Translations under genes and position numbers: made by a program
Assembly (NCBI GenBank): GCA_047495785.1
Contig: JBLDXI010000029.1
Span: 434,001-498,000 of the forward strand
Direction: 5' to 3'
DNA from: Lepidodermella squamata
Lineage: Eukaryota; Animalia; Gastrotricha
DNA: 64,000 nucleotides
Notes under the pieces: generated by a model
Seen by the model: only the letters and a program-made list of their open reading frames with translations
Told to the model about the DNA's origin: nothing
Databases searched by the model: none
In this document: positions 23,701-37,741 of the stretch, in pieces
Layout of the letters: every line of letters begins with the position of its first letter
Position numbering within the stretch: position 1 is the first letter of the stretch

Positions 23701-26700
23701 AGGTTAGCGGTTTCTGATTCGCCAACACGTTGATCGACGGCAAATCGAACGAGTACCGATCAGGCAGGACAACCGGGGGCTGGGTCATCACGGGCTTAGG
23801 CGCCGCTGATTTGCCAGCCAGGCGTGATTCGAACACCAAGCTATGCTTATCGACATTGATCAAAAACTGCGACTGCCGGCTGATGAGTCCACGCGAGCTG
23901 ACCTGGCCAATCGCGTACTGGGCACTCAGCGACGGCAGCAGTGCAGCTTCAACCGCTAGACCGTCGGCCGCCATCAAAAACTTGACGGCAACATTCGGGC
24001 GGGTTGAAGTCGACCCAGGCGCGGCATTATCAGCCGCTTCAGCTGTTGCAGTGGTGGTGACTGGGGCTTGATTAGCGGCTGATGCACTCGTCGCCAGTCG
24101 CAACGGCCGTCTTCGCGGCGGTCTCTGCGGCGCTGCGTCTGTTTCATCGGCCAGCGGGATGCTGGTGGGCGGTCGGGGTGAAATGGGCGTGCCTCCTGAG
24201 TAGACGTGGCCGCCGGCTCGGAATCGCGGGCTGGCGGTGTTTGGCGCCAGGGGACGACCAGCAGAGGCGACGCCGGTTGAGTTCGGGTCAAAAATTTCGT
24301 CGTACACCCCGCTTCGAATGCGTGTGCTACGCTTCAGCTCCTGTACAACACGCGTGATTTGCTCCGTCTCACGAGCCATCACCTAAAAATACAGAAAAGC
24401 AGTCTATAATCGAGAATAATTCGTTTAGATATTGTTTAGATGTCAGTTATTATACTACTTATTTTAATGGGAAGGAGCTCGACAGGAAAAGAACTGGAGC
24501 TAGGCTTTGAAAACCGGCTTTGGAACTACAACGCTGTAAGTTACAACCGGACAAAGTCACATTACAGCTGCTCATCCTGCGATCTTTATTGTCCTAGTCA
24601 GCAGTTGCTAGCTTAGTCGTCTGGTATGCGACAAAACTGGACCTGAACTAGACGGCCCCGAACTAAGTAGCCACCTGCCTCGAGTCTGCCCCCATTTTTC
24701 TCACAGGTGATATAAAGGAGACACCATGTGCCAACATGCTAACGCTCACGATGAAACTTAGTTTCATTTTACTTAGGTCTTCCGGATCTATCTAAGGATA
24801 ATAATCACTTGACCAACTGTTCATTTCAATTTATGGTCAGCCAGCATCAAAATTTGACCCAATCCCGTATAGCCAAGCGCGGCTCGTAATACCGATCACT
24901 CAGCGAGTAGGCTGAACTTGGCCGCACCTCAGATCCCAACAGCAAAGGACAACGCCAATTCCGACTTGCAAAAATAACTCATTCTCGTTTTGAAAACCCC
25001 TCATCGATCACTTAGTTAACGAAAACCAGAATCGACCGCTCAACCATAATCAAATGTAAACCCGAATATTTTGAATCTCTACTAAACATTCAAATGAAAC
25101 CGGATCGATCATGCCGAAATTTGTTCTTTAAAAATGGAAGACTTACCGTGTGCAGTTGAAGCGCGTGTTGCGGAATATCGATTTGAATTTTGCCCAGCGA
25201 AAGCAAAACACAGTCCAGACGATGCGCCCGCGTTCTCGTCGGCGGCAGTGCATCCAACATCGCCTGGCACTGCCCAACCGAACACCGCAGCACCGTGATA
25301 TCCTGCGGCATCTGGTGGCTATGCGACAAGGGTCCTTGCGTCGTCGTGCCGCCCTCCTGCAGAATCAACTCAGCCTCAGTCACGCGAACAGTTCCCACCG
25401 ACTCTTCCACACTGCGCCGTGAAATGCCTTTAATCCTCGTTTTATGCACGACACTGCCCTCGACGCCACTGATAACGGTTTCGAGTTTCAGGCCGGATAT
25501 TCTCGCGAGGATCAGGACTTTCTTCACACTAGCGTGACCCATCATGACGAGTTTCACGCGTTCTCGAACTACGATGTTCTGTTTGAGGGCTGAAACGCCT
25601 CGGCTACTGTCTTCCCGCTTCAATTCGACCATCGGAATCGCAACATGCCCGCGGCTGTGGGAGACGTGCGAATCGGGATGGTCAGACCCGGGTGTCAACC
25701 CAGCCTGGCCCTCCTCAGCCGCTAACTGGTCTTTAATCGGCGGCAATTTATCGACGAATTTCGTCTCGGGGATGCGGTTGTAGATTTCGAGGATTCGGAA
25801 CAGCTTCGTCCAAACCTGCGGCGTTCGTTCGTTGATGACGTCATACACGGTTCGGCGCTCGACGGCTGGCGAACTCGTGTCCTCGGCCACGCCGTGGTCT
25901 GTCTGGTTTTGCCGGTCTGGGGTTCGGCGAGAGTCGGATCGGTTTAGAGCCGGGACTTTCGAGAATGAATCATCAGCGGGAGTCGCTCGAGTTCGAACAA
26001 TGCTGAAAACCTATTTTAAGAAAAACCAAAACTTTAGAAAATGATTTCAAGTCATGGCAAGCAGCGATTCGACTCAAGCGGTAATTAAACTGTATTATAT
26101 ATTTGTATTTTCTAGCAAGCTGTTTAGTATGGTTGATGTTGTTTTATACCCTGGGCGGCGGCTGGGTACAACTCAGGATCAGAGGCACGCAGCCAGGCGT
26201 CTATCGTCAGTTTCAAATGTAATAGGTTATTATAACGAAATAACAAATTGAAAAGGTGTTGGATGCAACTGCGAATTCATCATAAAATGTCAATGCGATA
26301 AAAGATTATCAAGATCTTAGTCATACTTTGTAAAACAAATGTCACCATTTCCCCATAAATAAGCAAAAATCATTTGTCATTTTGCTTGAATGTTAACAAT
26401 ACTAATAAATTATAGCCACTAGTAAATCGCAGTTATTATATTCAATTATGTTCACGAATTTCAAATCTATCAGCCTTTTTAACCTGAAAAAAACCGTTTT
26501 AGCAATCACTTAGTTTTTTTTATTTTTCGAGGCAATATAATTAAACTAAAATCGATTGAAAATGCAATATATTCAAGGCAAATTGGTTAAGAAAATGCTA
26601 AAATCCATCAATCGGTCCATATCAAGACATTCTTTTTGCGATTTGCTGGAAACCCCATTCCTTGTAAAAGATCATTATTTCTACTGATTCCAACATTTTC

Positions 26701-29700
26701 AACATTATTTTGATTCAATCACTAGAAACTAATAGCATCTATCCCAATAGGTTTGTTTTGAAATGCATGCAACTCATCGATTTGATTGAACTATAGCTAC
26801 TAACCTTGCCAATAGTCGATCTGCGGCTGCTGCGTTTGCTTTTGCCGGACAAATCGCCCGCCGATTTGTCACTGCCAGCCGGCGTCACCGCCCCGCCCAC
26901 CGGGCCAGCGCCCGTCGAATGGCTCGTTTGCGTCGACGAAGCCGCCGAGTCCTGTTTGCGATGCCCTCGTCCGTTTCGCATCGCATTTCGCGCTTGGTTC
27001 GCAGCAGTCGACGACGCAGCAACAATCTGCTTCAACCGCAGCCGCGCCTCAGAAATATTCGCCGCAATGCCGATGCACTGGTTGATCAGCCGCAACAACG
27101 GCATGTGAACGCATTGCGTTATCACGTTGCAATTCAGCGTTAAACAAATTTGATTCGCAATTTTGTTCTGATCGATAATCTCGAGCAAATGAGACGCGCC
27201 TTTCAGGCCGTAATCCGACGCAGCCCGCGTGTGGCCATGACTTTCGAGGTTATTATTGGTCTGATCGACCTGGCCGTCGCTCCGGAACGAAGTTTGATTT
27301 TGGCCCTTCGCCTCGACTAAACCGCTGACGACGGTTGTTAGCGAGAAGCCATCGCAGACAAAGGAGGGGTCGGAGCAAATTTGGGGCTGTTTGACCCTTG
27401 AGCTCAACAAAACAGCCGCCTCAGCCGGGTCGACGATGCTTATCTCAAACCGATCGACTCGAATTTGAACGGCGGCAGTTCGGCCGAAATTGTGGAGGAA
27501 CGCCGCGCTTCTCGGTCTTTCATCAAGGGGCAGGTCTAAGAATGACATCAAAGGCCGGAATAGCCACTGCGGCTCGGCATCGACTGCCATCAGGGCGAAT
27601 CGGCCTAGATCGGCAACCTCCCCGATTTGGTCGTCATCCGCCCCAGCTGCCCCGGTTTGACCCGCTGCCATTAGGCCAATCGTTTCCTCATCGGCAAAAT
27701 CGTCGCGGTCTGGCCCGGCTTGCATTGCCGCCCCACCGCCCATGAATAGCTGGCCGATCGACTGTGAGCGGTTCAGCATTTGTTGACCGAACATTTGAGC
27801 GGCTTGTTGTACCCAGTCGAAAATGCGACTGTCCCCACCGGCGCCGGCTAGACGCTGTGGGTTGGCTTGGGGATCCATGAGAGGTTTAGGCGGGTTTGAC
27901 ATCATGCCGGCTCCAGTTGGCGTGTCATCGCGGACTGAGACCGAACCGACACCGGGTAGGTGGACCGGGATCGATTTCACCCGGGTATGGGTCGGTTTTC
28001 GCCTGGTAGGACCGATCGGTTGCATAGGAATGTCACCTAAAAACACAAAATATAAATTAAAAAATAATTGCTGTTCCAATTTTCGGTTCGATCTTTGAAT
28101 TGTAAATGGAGATTTTTAAATGGATCTTTGAAATTTGAGTGAAAAGGCAAAAATTAGTTGAATAAAATGTATAAAATCACGAATTTCAACTAAAATTGTC
28201 CAATTATAATGGTTCAGTTTTTGCCATTGTTTTTCCAATTAAATTCTCAAGCTTTTTCGCGATAAGATACTATAAAAATCCTAATAAAGCTTACCGAGAT
28301 TGGCGTGAATTTCATGATCAGCCGTTGTGATCGGTTCATTCGCCCCATCAGAGCCTTCGTGCAACCGCTCGAGTCGCCAAAACCGCCGTCCCTTCTTGAA
28401 ATCCGCCTCGGGCTTCTTCAAAATCGCACTATGCAAAATATTGCGCCAATCACGTCGAATCAGCACGAGAATGCCCTTTCGCACCGTAATCAACGACGGC
28501 AAATTCGCATCCGTAATATCGTCCTCGATCTTACTGACATCGGTCACCGACAGATACCGCCTTAAAACCGTCGCTAATTGACACGTAGGGTCTTCTTGCA
28601 ATAACTGCGACGCCTGCGAGAAACAGTTCGGGTATTTCGACCGGAAACGGTAGTTGTCATGCTTGTCATAGGCCTCGGTCAAAAGGGCGGCTACAATTGC
28701 TGACAAACGGCGCTGCCTTTCAGAGCCGATTTTTTTCGCGACAGCCCCTAGCCGGAAACCGACACTTAGCCAGGCCGAAACAGCGGCACTAGCAGTCGAC
28801 AGCATATTCCAGTCAAACATGGTGTAATCGACACTGCGTTCACCGACCGGGGGTAGAATCGACGATTTCACCGGGCCGATGTTCGACCCACCCACTGGGG
28901 CGGGTGGCGACGGGAAACTTAGCCAGAAATTTGCGAATTTCAATAAAGCAGATGCGTCGTAGAAGGTCGGCGCTCTCTGGTGGATTTCGCTTGAAGACGT
29001 CGCGCGGTGGATGTAGTCGACGTGTTCTTTCGTGTGAGCGGCTGAAACTGCCAGCTGGGCGCCATGGGCTGAAATCGCCTCGCCGCCCGCGTTTTCCGCC
29101 TTGTGGTTATCGACGCTGAATTGAACATGCTGCCTGGCGTAGGCGAGATTTCGGTCGACCAGTGGCGTCAGAATGAGTTTTTCCTCCTCCGCCCCAGGTT
29201 CGTCAGAGTCTTCCAGGGCTGGCTTTTTGAGCAGGTCCAGTCGAACGTTTTCCATGCCCATTTCGGCCATGATAAAGCCAAACGGCGAGGAGGGAGCGAC
29301 CATTGTAGTGGCGGTTACTGATGCGCGGCGCGGCTCGATATCGTCCGATGTGTCGATGAATGTGAACAGCACTCGTGACATATTCGACGGGATTTCGGTG
29401 ACCTGAAAGCAAAGCACATGGAATTTATTGATTGAATCAGGGTCACTGAAATGGGCCAGAAATTTTTTGTTCAAACGATCTCTAACCCCTGAAATTTATT
29501 TGAAGATGTCAATTATTTTTTACGGGTATGCCGTAATTATCAAAGCTCACACAATTTCCAGCAAATTTTGGATTGTGAGAAAATTGTTGTGAATTTTAAA
29601 AGCATCCTTCACATAACCCTTATTCATTGTAATTATTGCGACCGAAACAAGCTGAGTAGCACATGGCTTGATAATAAATTAGAAATAATTATGAAGGTAC

Positions 29701-32700
29701 ATAGAAAAGTGATATTTCTCTTTCTCATATCGGAAATAATGTTCAGGAATTTTGTATCACCGTTCGTTTTTATCGTTTGCCCAGTTTTAACACAGCCAGA
29801 CGAGATCGTAACAATAAAAAATCATAACGTCAAAGGTGATACATTCAAGTCTTCAATATCAATTTCTAATGCTACAGGAGATGTTTCAAGGTCGAGAATG
29901 CAATTACCCTCAGTTCAGCCCACAATCTCCGAACGACGACTTTATAAAGACCCTTGAAAGGAGGGTGTATGATGGTGCAAATGCAACTGGAAACTCAGCT
30001 CAGTGGCTGGCCTTAATATTGACTTAGTTTGCGCTCAATTTCTTTATTAAAATATTTTGAAAATGTTTTTGTTGTCAACAACGTAGTAATCCAAATGGAG
30101 CAATGGTCAGCAAATTTGGGTAATACATTTTGAAATTTTTTGTTCAAATCGATAAAAGTGAGGCAATAGAAAGTACGAACGAGTATGCGGTGGATCATTG
30201 ATAAACGATGAGTTCGTTCTTACAGCAGCCCATTGCATGGTTGACAGGCAGAACGACACAAATGGAACGTCCACAGTCATGTAAATTTTAATTCCAAAAA
30301 TGCAATTTGTGTATTTTCAGCTAAAATCGACCAAAAATTTAAGTCATAAATAGATTACAACAAGACAGATCATAAATAAGACTTGAGGATGATTTTTCCA
30401 TTAGGCACTGGGGAAAGAATTACGAACCGCAAAACTGCGAAGGCAAATTCACTGTAATAGTGCGACTTTGGAGCCAATTATCAACTGCCAAATACGTCGA
30501 CATTCCAGTCGACCACTACATCTATCACAGCGATTTCGACCCGGCAAGAAGCGAGGCTAACCCAGCCGGAGATATAGCTCTGTTGCATCTGAAAACGGAC
30601 GCTTCATCTTTGATGAGGTACACAAAGGTGAACAAGAAAGTGCGACATTTGTGCCTGCCAAATGAAGTTAGCGATGCCTTCACGCCTTTCAGTAAAGATC
30701 TGCCAAATGTTGGCGACTATCGAACGAAACCTATCGACGTCTGTTTTATTATCGGTGAGTAGTGATATTACAATGAATTAACAAAGAATAACTAATTTTA
30801 TTATTAAAAAATATAAGTTTTAATTTAGGAGTTTCATAATTGAATCAAGGTTGGGAATAAATTTCTAATGAAACGGGCTAAATGGGTTTTCTCGAATTTT
30901 GGCAAATCAAAACAACTTTGAGTAAAAACAAAATTCGAGCACTAAAAATCTAATGATTAAATTATCTTTACATTTTCTGAAGGATGGGGCTTAACTACCG
31001 CTTACAAGGTGTTCAAAAACGGAACCAGGAGCGCGCCCACTCAAGTCTCTCCCAGCGCTCCAATGATTGGCCGAATGACTCGCGAAACCGTAGAGACATG
31101 CAACGAGTTGGCACAACCCGCCCAGTTCCTCTACGCATGGGATGGAAATGAATTTTGCTTAAAACCTTATATCAATCTTGAGCGTGCCCATGTGAAAGAG
31201 GAGTATCTAGAGATGAAGTCTTGCCCAGGCGACTCTGGATCGCCGGTTTTCTGCCTCGACCACGGCCCGCGTCCAATCTACCGTCTGTTCGGTGTACTTT
31301 CGAGCAACCACGGGAATGACGCACTAGGCTGCGAAATGGCAACAGGCGCCATTGTCGTCAACCTTAAAAAGTACATGCGGTGGATTCGAAGCGTCATCGA
31401 AGCTTGGCCATCGCGGCGTTACGTCCACAACTGCGACGAACTCATCAGTCGTATTCGCAAGTATGAAAGAACGCATGGCAAAATGAAGGAGTCGACCACT
31501 GCACTGTTTTGTACCGATCCTCTGATCAATTTGTACAAAAAAGTATCCTATCGCCAGCGGGCTTATCTTAAAATTCAAATTGACACTGAAAAAGCTATCA
31601 GCAGCTCGTCTTATTATTGCAAATAATGCAAATAATGTCAAGTTTTTAAGGTGATAGGTGAAATAAAATAGAAAACTACAAAACTTGTTTAAAAAAACTC
31701 AGCTGACTCGATTTGAACAAAAACGAATTCTCAAAGGTAATTTTTGCATTGAAAAAAGTTCACATAAAATAGCACGAAAATTTGACTTCAATTTGACTTC
31801 AAAATTAGAAAATAGGCATCAATAAAAAAACTTTCTAATTGGAGCTTTTGAAGGCATTTAAAAGCGTCATCGAGGTAAAACTCCATTCCAAATTGACGTT
31901 GGTGCTCAATAAAATATATCAAAAATACCTGAACATCAGAAGTGAAACCAGACTGGCGTTTGAGTCGCCACAATTGTGCTCCAACTTGGCTGATCGAAAG
32001 ACTGCCGGACAAATAGGCGCCAGCTAGATGTTCACTCAACTGATCACACGTGTAGATCTTCGCCAAATTATCCCGGTCACCGGCCTCAACACACGTGAAG
32101 CCATCACTGGCAGACACGGCATGCGACCGGTGCGGACTCAGAGCGATTTCAAACTTGAAATTCTCGAACGAAACGGCTAGTAAGGACGCGCATGAAAGCA
32201 ATTTCAGCACCTCAGGGTCCATGTTGAAGGCAGAGACGTGTTCCTCGACAACCGCTCGTTCTAACGAGCAGATTTTGACCTGAGGCAACGCGACGGCTAC
32301 CTCCCATTTCGGCGCGGCTTTCGGCTTCCAACGCGAGAACGAATTACCCGACCCGGATGAGTTGTCCTGTTTCGCCTGGGGTAGCGTGTTTTCTCGCCGT
32401 AAAATCGGCTCGTGCGACGTTAAATTAGCCGCTTCATACTTTTCCAGCAACGATTTCTGCGCATGGATATGAATCGCGTCTAACACAGCCGAGGGGTGAA
32501 CGGCTCGAACGACTGATTCTAGACTCGAGGCCAGCCAACGGCTTGTTTCTAGCACCAAGGGCGTCACAAAAATTTCAACGCATCGATTTATCTCGACAAC
32601 AGCTTTAGTCGACGCGTTTTCGCCGAGTAATTGGCCCATTATTTTGTGCCAATCCGCAAATTGCGGCTGTTTCGTTTTGTCGGACGAAATTGATGACGTA

Positions 32701-35700
32701 GCTTTTCTAGCGCGCATCATTTCACAGGCGAAGCCGCGTTTCAGCGGGTGAATCATCGGCACGAAGTCCCACTCCTTTTGCGCACTCAAAAACGCAACGA
32801 CCAGCTTTGTAGCCCCGGAGCCACTTGCCGTTTTCTGGCCGAAAATGTTGTGGACAGTGTATTGGTTCAAATGAGCGGCGTAGTGGTGGAATAGCAACGG
32901 CGATTCTGATAGGTCCATATCCATCTGGCGTAGCATATTCACCAAAACCTGCTCGCCAGGCATAGTCATTTGCCCGGTATAGCCGTTCAGTTCAGAGTCC
33001 GAGTCGGCTGATGAAATTGTTGAAGAGCTGGGTGATGATTGGAAGAAGGGCGGAGGGGCGCGGGGAGGTGGAGCGGGCGGTGGTGGGAAGGAGGGTGCCT
33101 TCGGGCGGTGATGGGCGTCACCCAGGGTGGCCTCACTGCCTTGCGACGAGCTGTCATCGCTGCCCTCTGATGCCGAGTAGTAGCGCTCAGATTCTGAAAC
33201 AGACGCCGCTGATTGCACCTCGTTCGGCATTTCCTGCGATTGCCGGGCCAAACTCGACCTGTGGTGGCTGGGTGGTTGAGTTGGTTGCGGTGGCGGGAAT
33301 CGGCGGACTGGAACCGGGGGCGGTTCTGCGCTAAGACGATGATTTCCGATTGTTTCCGCTAGACTTTCGAGCACCAGTTGGTCTTTCAGAAGGAGGGATT
33401 CGCCAAATGCAAAGCAGCCAGCGCGGGTTCGAGGGTCTCGAGCGACTCGAGATGACGTCCAGGGGGTGGTCACGAAGTTAAAGTCATCGGCCGATGAACC
33501 GAAATACGAACAAGCGCCGAAACAGCCGCATTTCGCTAATCCATTACCTGAGAAAAAATAGGAAATCATATTTCAATATTTCAAGAAATGCATAAAACGT
33601 TGGATGGGCAAAAAATCAAATCTCCAAACTTAAGCATTTCAAAGATTCTTATCAGCCTCATCAACTTCTGCGATTTTGCTTAACTTTTGTGGAATCTAAA
33701 AAATCTCCAAATCATATTTTGAAGGAATAATCTTTTGATATTTTTGAAGTAGTAATAGGTAATTTCGGGATATATTATAAATATTTTTGTTCCTTTTACC
33801 ATCCAAGAGTGAACAAATCTATCATAATCAAAATGGGAACTTTTTTATTCAAAATGTTATGAAAGCAATAATTCTAACAATATTCAATTTTTCAAAAAAT
33901 TTCAAATTATCTATTTCGCATCGAATTCAAGATATTTCGTAAAAACTGAAAGCTTCAGTTCTCATAAAACTGCTAATTTTTTACCTGAATTGTACAGGAA
34001 ATACAGTCGTTTCGTTTTAGCGTCATGCAGCCGCCAAAACGTCATCTGACTCGTCGTATGTGGCGATGACAATTTCGCGCCAACACACAGCGGCCCAAGA
34101 CTCAACGATGCCGCTTCGAGCCACGGCTGCAATTTCTCGCCGAATTCTCCCGCCGGTTCACCTCCGAACGGCGAATCCGCATTTGGCCTCAGCAAGTCTG
34201 AAGTAACCAGCTGCCGGACCGCAATTTCAGGCACATAGACCTGCAAACCAGCTTGATTCCCAACGTGGTAAGAACAGAAAGCCAGTCGAACTGAGGGTCG
34301 CAGATTCAACTGGAGCAGCCCGACCCCCTTCTGCTGGTTACTTTCATCAGGGTTCGTCTCCAGAATCGAAATATCAATCGATTCAGTGCTCAATCGAACC
34401 ATGCGATACTTCATATCGTCCTCGAGTTCACACTCCGGCAAGCCATCCGGGCATTGCCGGTGATTACGGCCATGCCAGCAGCGTTCGATGAAAGTCGGCG
34501 GTTTTTTGTACTGAGCCTCCTCCTCCGAAAACAGGAAGATGAACGTCTCCAAACTAGTCACGATGTTGATTATGTGGGGCAAACTCGCTTTCGCCACCAC
34601 GTCTCCGATTACGAAATCCATCAACCAGCCGTATTCAGCCGTGTCCTGCTCTAGGGAGATGCCCTCCCCAGAAAACAACGCATGGCCTCGGACTTGAAGG
34701 ACCGATAAGCATAAGAAACCCTCGGAAATCGATTTCCCCGTTCGATTTGCGTCCGTTCTAGGCACGATGTCTTTCATCGAGGCGAATAGAGGGGCGAGAA
34801 CGACCTGTAACTTGGTTTCATGGTACTGCTTATCCATTTCAAATTTCAGGTGTTCACATCGAATTTGAACGCAGGGCGGGTCGTGAATGCCGACATGTTT
34901 CGGCAAATAGCCGACCAAATCACTTGCGGTTATCGTGACTTGGACTGATAGCGGGCGATATTCGCGGCCATCGAAGCGTTTTTCTGGGTTTTGAGTCGGA
35001 AAAGATGGGAAAGTGAACGATTTCGCGCCTGGTGGATGAGCCAGTTGATGACTCATCGGCAATTGGTGGTCGAAATCCGACTGCATAGACACGTCCATAG
35101 CCGCGGTTTTCTGGTTGAACCCGAAATAATTCTCTTTAAACGACAAAAACAGCTTGATCAAAGTGCCGTAGGCAACTATGGTGCCCCCATCGCCGATATT
35201 TATCGTCAAATTGATGATATCTGGCGGGTAGATGGACGGGTCAAAACTGTGGACGGACTTGTCTGTCGAAGAGAAATTTCCGAAAATCGGCTTTGCGGTG
35301 TCTTCATCCGTCAAACGGACCAAAACTTCGGAGGGTTGTTTCAATGTGCCACGTAACGTTCCGGTTTTATCGACGTTTTGCGACCGTAATTGCGGGACTG
35401 GGTGGTAGGTGAAAACGATTGAGACCGACCCGACCGGGGCTGCGGCTACATCGACCCAGCCGATAGTCACTCCTCTCCAAGTCGGGCTGGAAGCTCGAGA
35501 TGACGCGAAAGGGTCAGTGGCTGGGTGCCCGTCTCGACCAATCACCTTCAAATGCTTTGATAACGACGTCAAAACATAGGCGGTTGAATTAGTCGTTGGT
35601 AGAAAAGCTCGGAGATACAAGTCATTTCCGGTGAAAAAATTGCGAAATTGCAACACATCAGGGAGAAATTGGTCGTAGGGTAGGGTGCATGCGAAAACAA

Positions 35701-37741
35701 TCGACGAGCCACACAGGGCTAGCATCGCATTTTCCCTAGCACTAGCTGACGTGTCAATCCAGTTGTAGTGATTAACGAGAATCACGACTTCGAAATCTTT
35801 GATCTGAGCATCGATTTGGACGGTGTAAGGGATGAATGCCAGCAAATCTGGCGCATCCTGCGAGCCCCATGCGAAGAAGAAATCACGCATGAAGTTTTTA
35901 TGCTCATACAACACGTAGGCTGTCAGTTTCGTTGAGGATAACGACACCTTCCAGTGTTGATGGTCGTTCCAAGTAAGCGGGTAACTTATCGTGCAATCCA
36001 CGTCCAGTTGATCAGCTTTCACGAACGGCCGGAATTTCAGCGATGTAGTCGCGTCTGGTCGTTGGAAGCCAATGTGGACCTTCACGGTATAGCCACTGTC
36101 GTGGTTGATCATCGGAATTGACGTCGACATGAAGGTTGTACTCGGATTCGGGTCGTCATCGTCGACATAAGCTCCGTCCATAGTCATTGACAGAGTGCTC
36201 AGTTCGTCGTTCATTTGGTTATGCAACTCCAATTTACCCTTCGAATCCAACATGCAGCGAAGATCGAAACTTTTGTAGATTCGAGTTTCACCCGGCGTCT
36301 GCCCGGCGAATGGCTCGAGGGGCTTGTAATCGGTTGGATAGAAGAATCGCCATAACAGACTTCGCTGAGTATCGGCCCAAGGTCCGTATTGAATGACGAC
36401 AGGTTGTGGCTTTTTACCCTTCCCGCCGCCTAGATGAACCCTGATACCGTGAGTTGGGAAGCTGTTCTCAGTTATCGGGTCTCGATCAATCAGTTGGGCA
36501 GGGACGAGACCAGGTTCGTCGTAATAGTAATCAAAAACAACTCGGTTAGTCCTTAGAACTGAGTAGGAAGTGGCAGCGTCATCGCTTTCTTTGGTTTTTT
36601 TTGAAGCAACCGGCTTCGGGGGCGGTTGAAAATCAGGTCCAGAATAATTCGGGTTTTTTACAAACTTGCAAACGACGCCATCGCCAGTTGCTTGGTAGAT
36701 ATGCCTATAAAATAACACATTATATAAACCAAAATGCATCAAAAATTCTTACATAAATAAATCGGCAGTGTTTGAAGCTTTTCCAGTGAAATATACACCG
36801 GAGAAATGTTCGACTTTGGTAACAAAACTGTATGGCACCAATTTGTTTCCGAACGAAACAAGACCACGCGAAACTTCGAATTTTATAGCTGGAACTAGCT
36901 CTCGCCAGCCACTAAACGCAGAAACGTTCGACGACGAATTAGCCCGGTTTGCAGCAGCAGCCGCTTCCTGGCTCTTGTTATCATCGAGAGGGTCACCTCT
37001 GTGCATTGCAACAAGGCGTTCAAGACCGAAAGTGTCTTCAACCTGAAAAAAATCGGATTTTTAAATGAAATCCTGATAAAAAATAGACTTTCCAACACAA
37101 ACCTGAGCATATCGCCACAAGCGATTGTAGCGGTGGTATTCAAACCCGAGAAATTTCACCAGCACACGGTACTTGACAGTCTGCCAAGGCTTTTTGTACA
37201 AGTTATGAACAGGTGTTTCCTCAGCTGATGGGTCGACGCGAGCCCACCAGAGAAATAAAATTAGCCCGTCTCGAATCTTGACAGTGTAATCCGGCGTGAC
37301 AAACATCACATTGCGAAACATGATTTTGCCGCCGATAATCGATATGCTGACAGATTCGACTGAGAGCGATCGCTTCCAGCGAAACAAGAATGGCCGTAAT
37401 ACAAATGAGAGCACAAATCCAAGTAATCGTGCATTGTAAAAGAGCACAAAAATGAACCAACAAAAGGCAAAGAGAACGGCGAACAGAAACCACCATAGCT
37501 CGGCTCCAAGTTTGTCAGATAGTTCCGAGAACTGGTCGATGCCGAAATCAACTGAGTCATTTCTGAGAGGGAAAACATTCTCGATTTTACTTCCTGGATC
37601 GATCTTAGCTCCAGAAATAAGGGGCTTCAGCGACGATCCTCCAAGTATAACATTAGCGGTGGTATCAATAATACTTGCCACTGTTGACGAAGTTAAGTTC
37701 GCCAAATCAGTCAGCGATAACTCACTGGTCCCCTCGGTCAT
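17748..37741 (-). CDS. BLTP1: Bridge-like lipid transfer protein 1 (KIAA1109/tweek/LPD-3/Csf1), 11 exons, about 4,797 aa
   Basis: Exons 37741-37103, 37042-36753, 36704-33985, 33547-31929, 29402-28295, 28036-26805, 26010-25147, 24382-23675, 23622-22195, 22067-18797, 18262-17748; 14,394 nt, frame closes. N-terminal TM + FYNARLLG and GGKIMF; YGPWADTQR; C-terminal RLGFNQARSTIPKWIQRGVNDPLD. Confidence 0.93.
29739..31626 (+). CDS. Chymotrypsin-fold (S1A) serine protease, multi-exon, nested antisense in BLTP1 intron 4; start codon uncertain
   Basis: Activation-like site RR|VYDG, CGGSLI, catalytic LTAAHC / GDIALL / CPGDSGSP, and IIGWG across the splice near 30755-30982. An alternative ATG lies at 29691. 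Confidence 0.85.

Noticed and set aside
17748-37741. Treating the large minus-strand ORFs as separate genes
   Set aside because: They join through canonical GT-AG junctions into one in-frame BLTP1 CDS.
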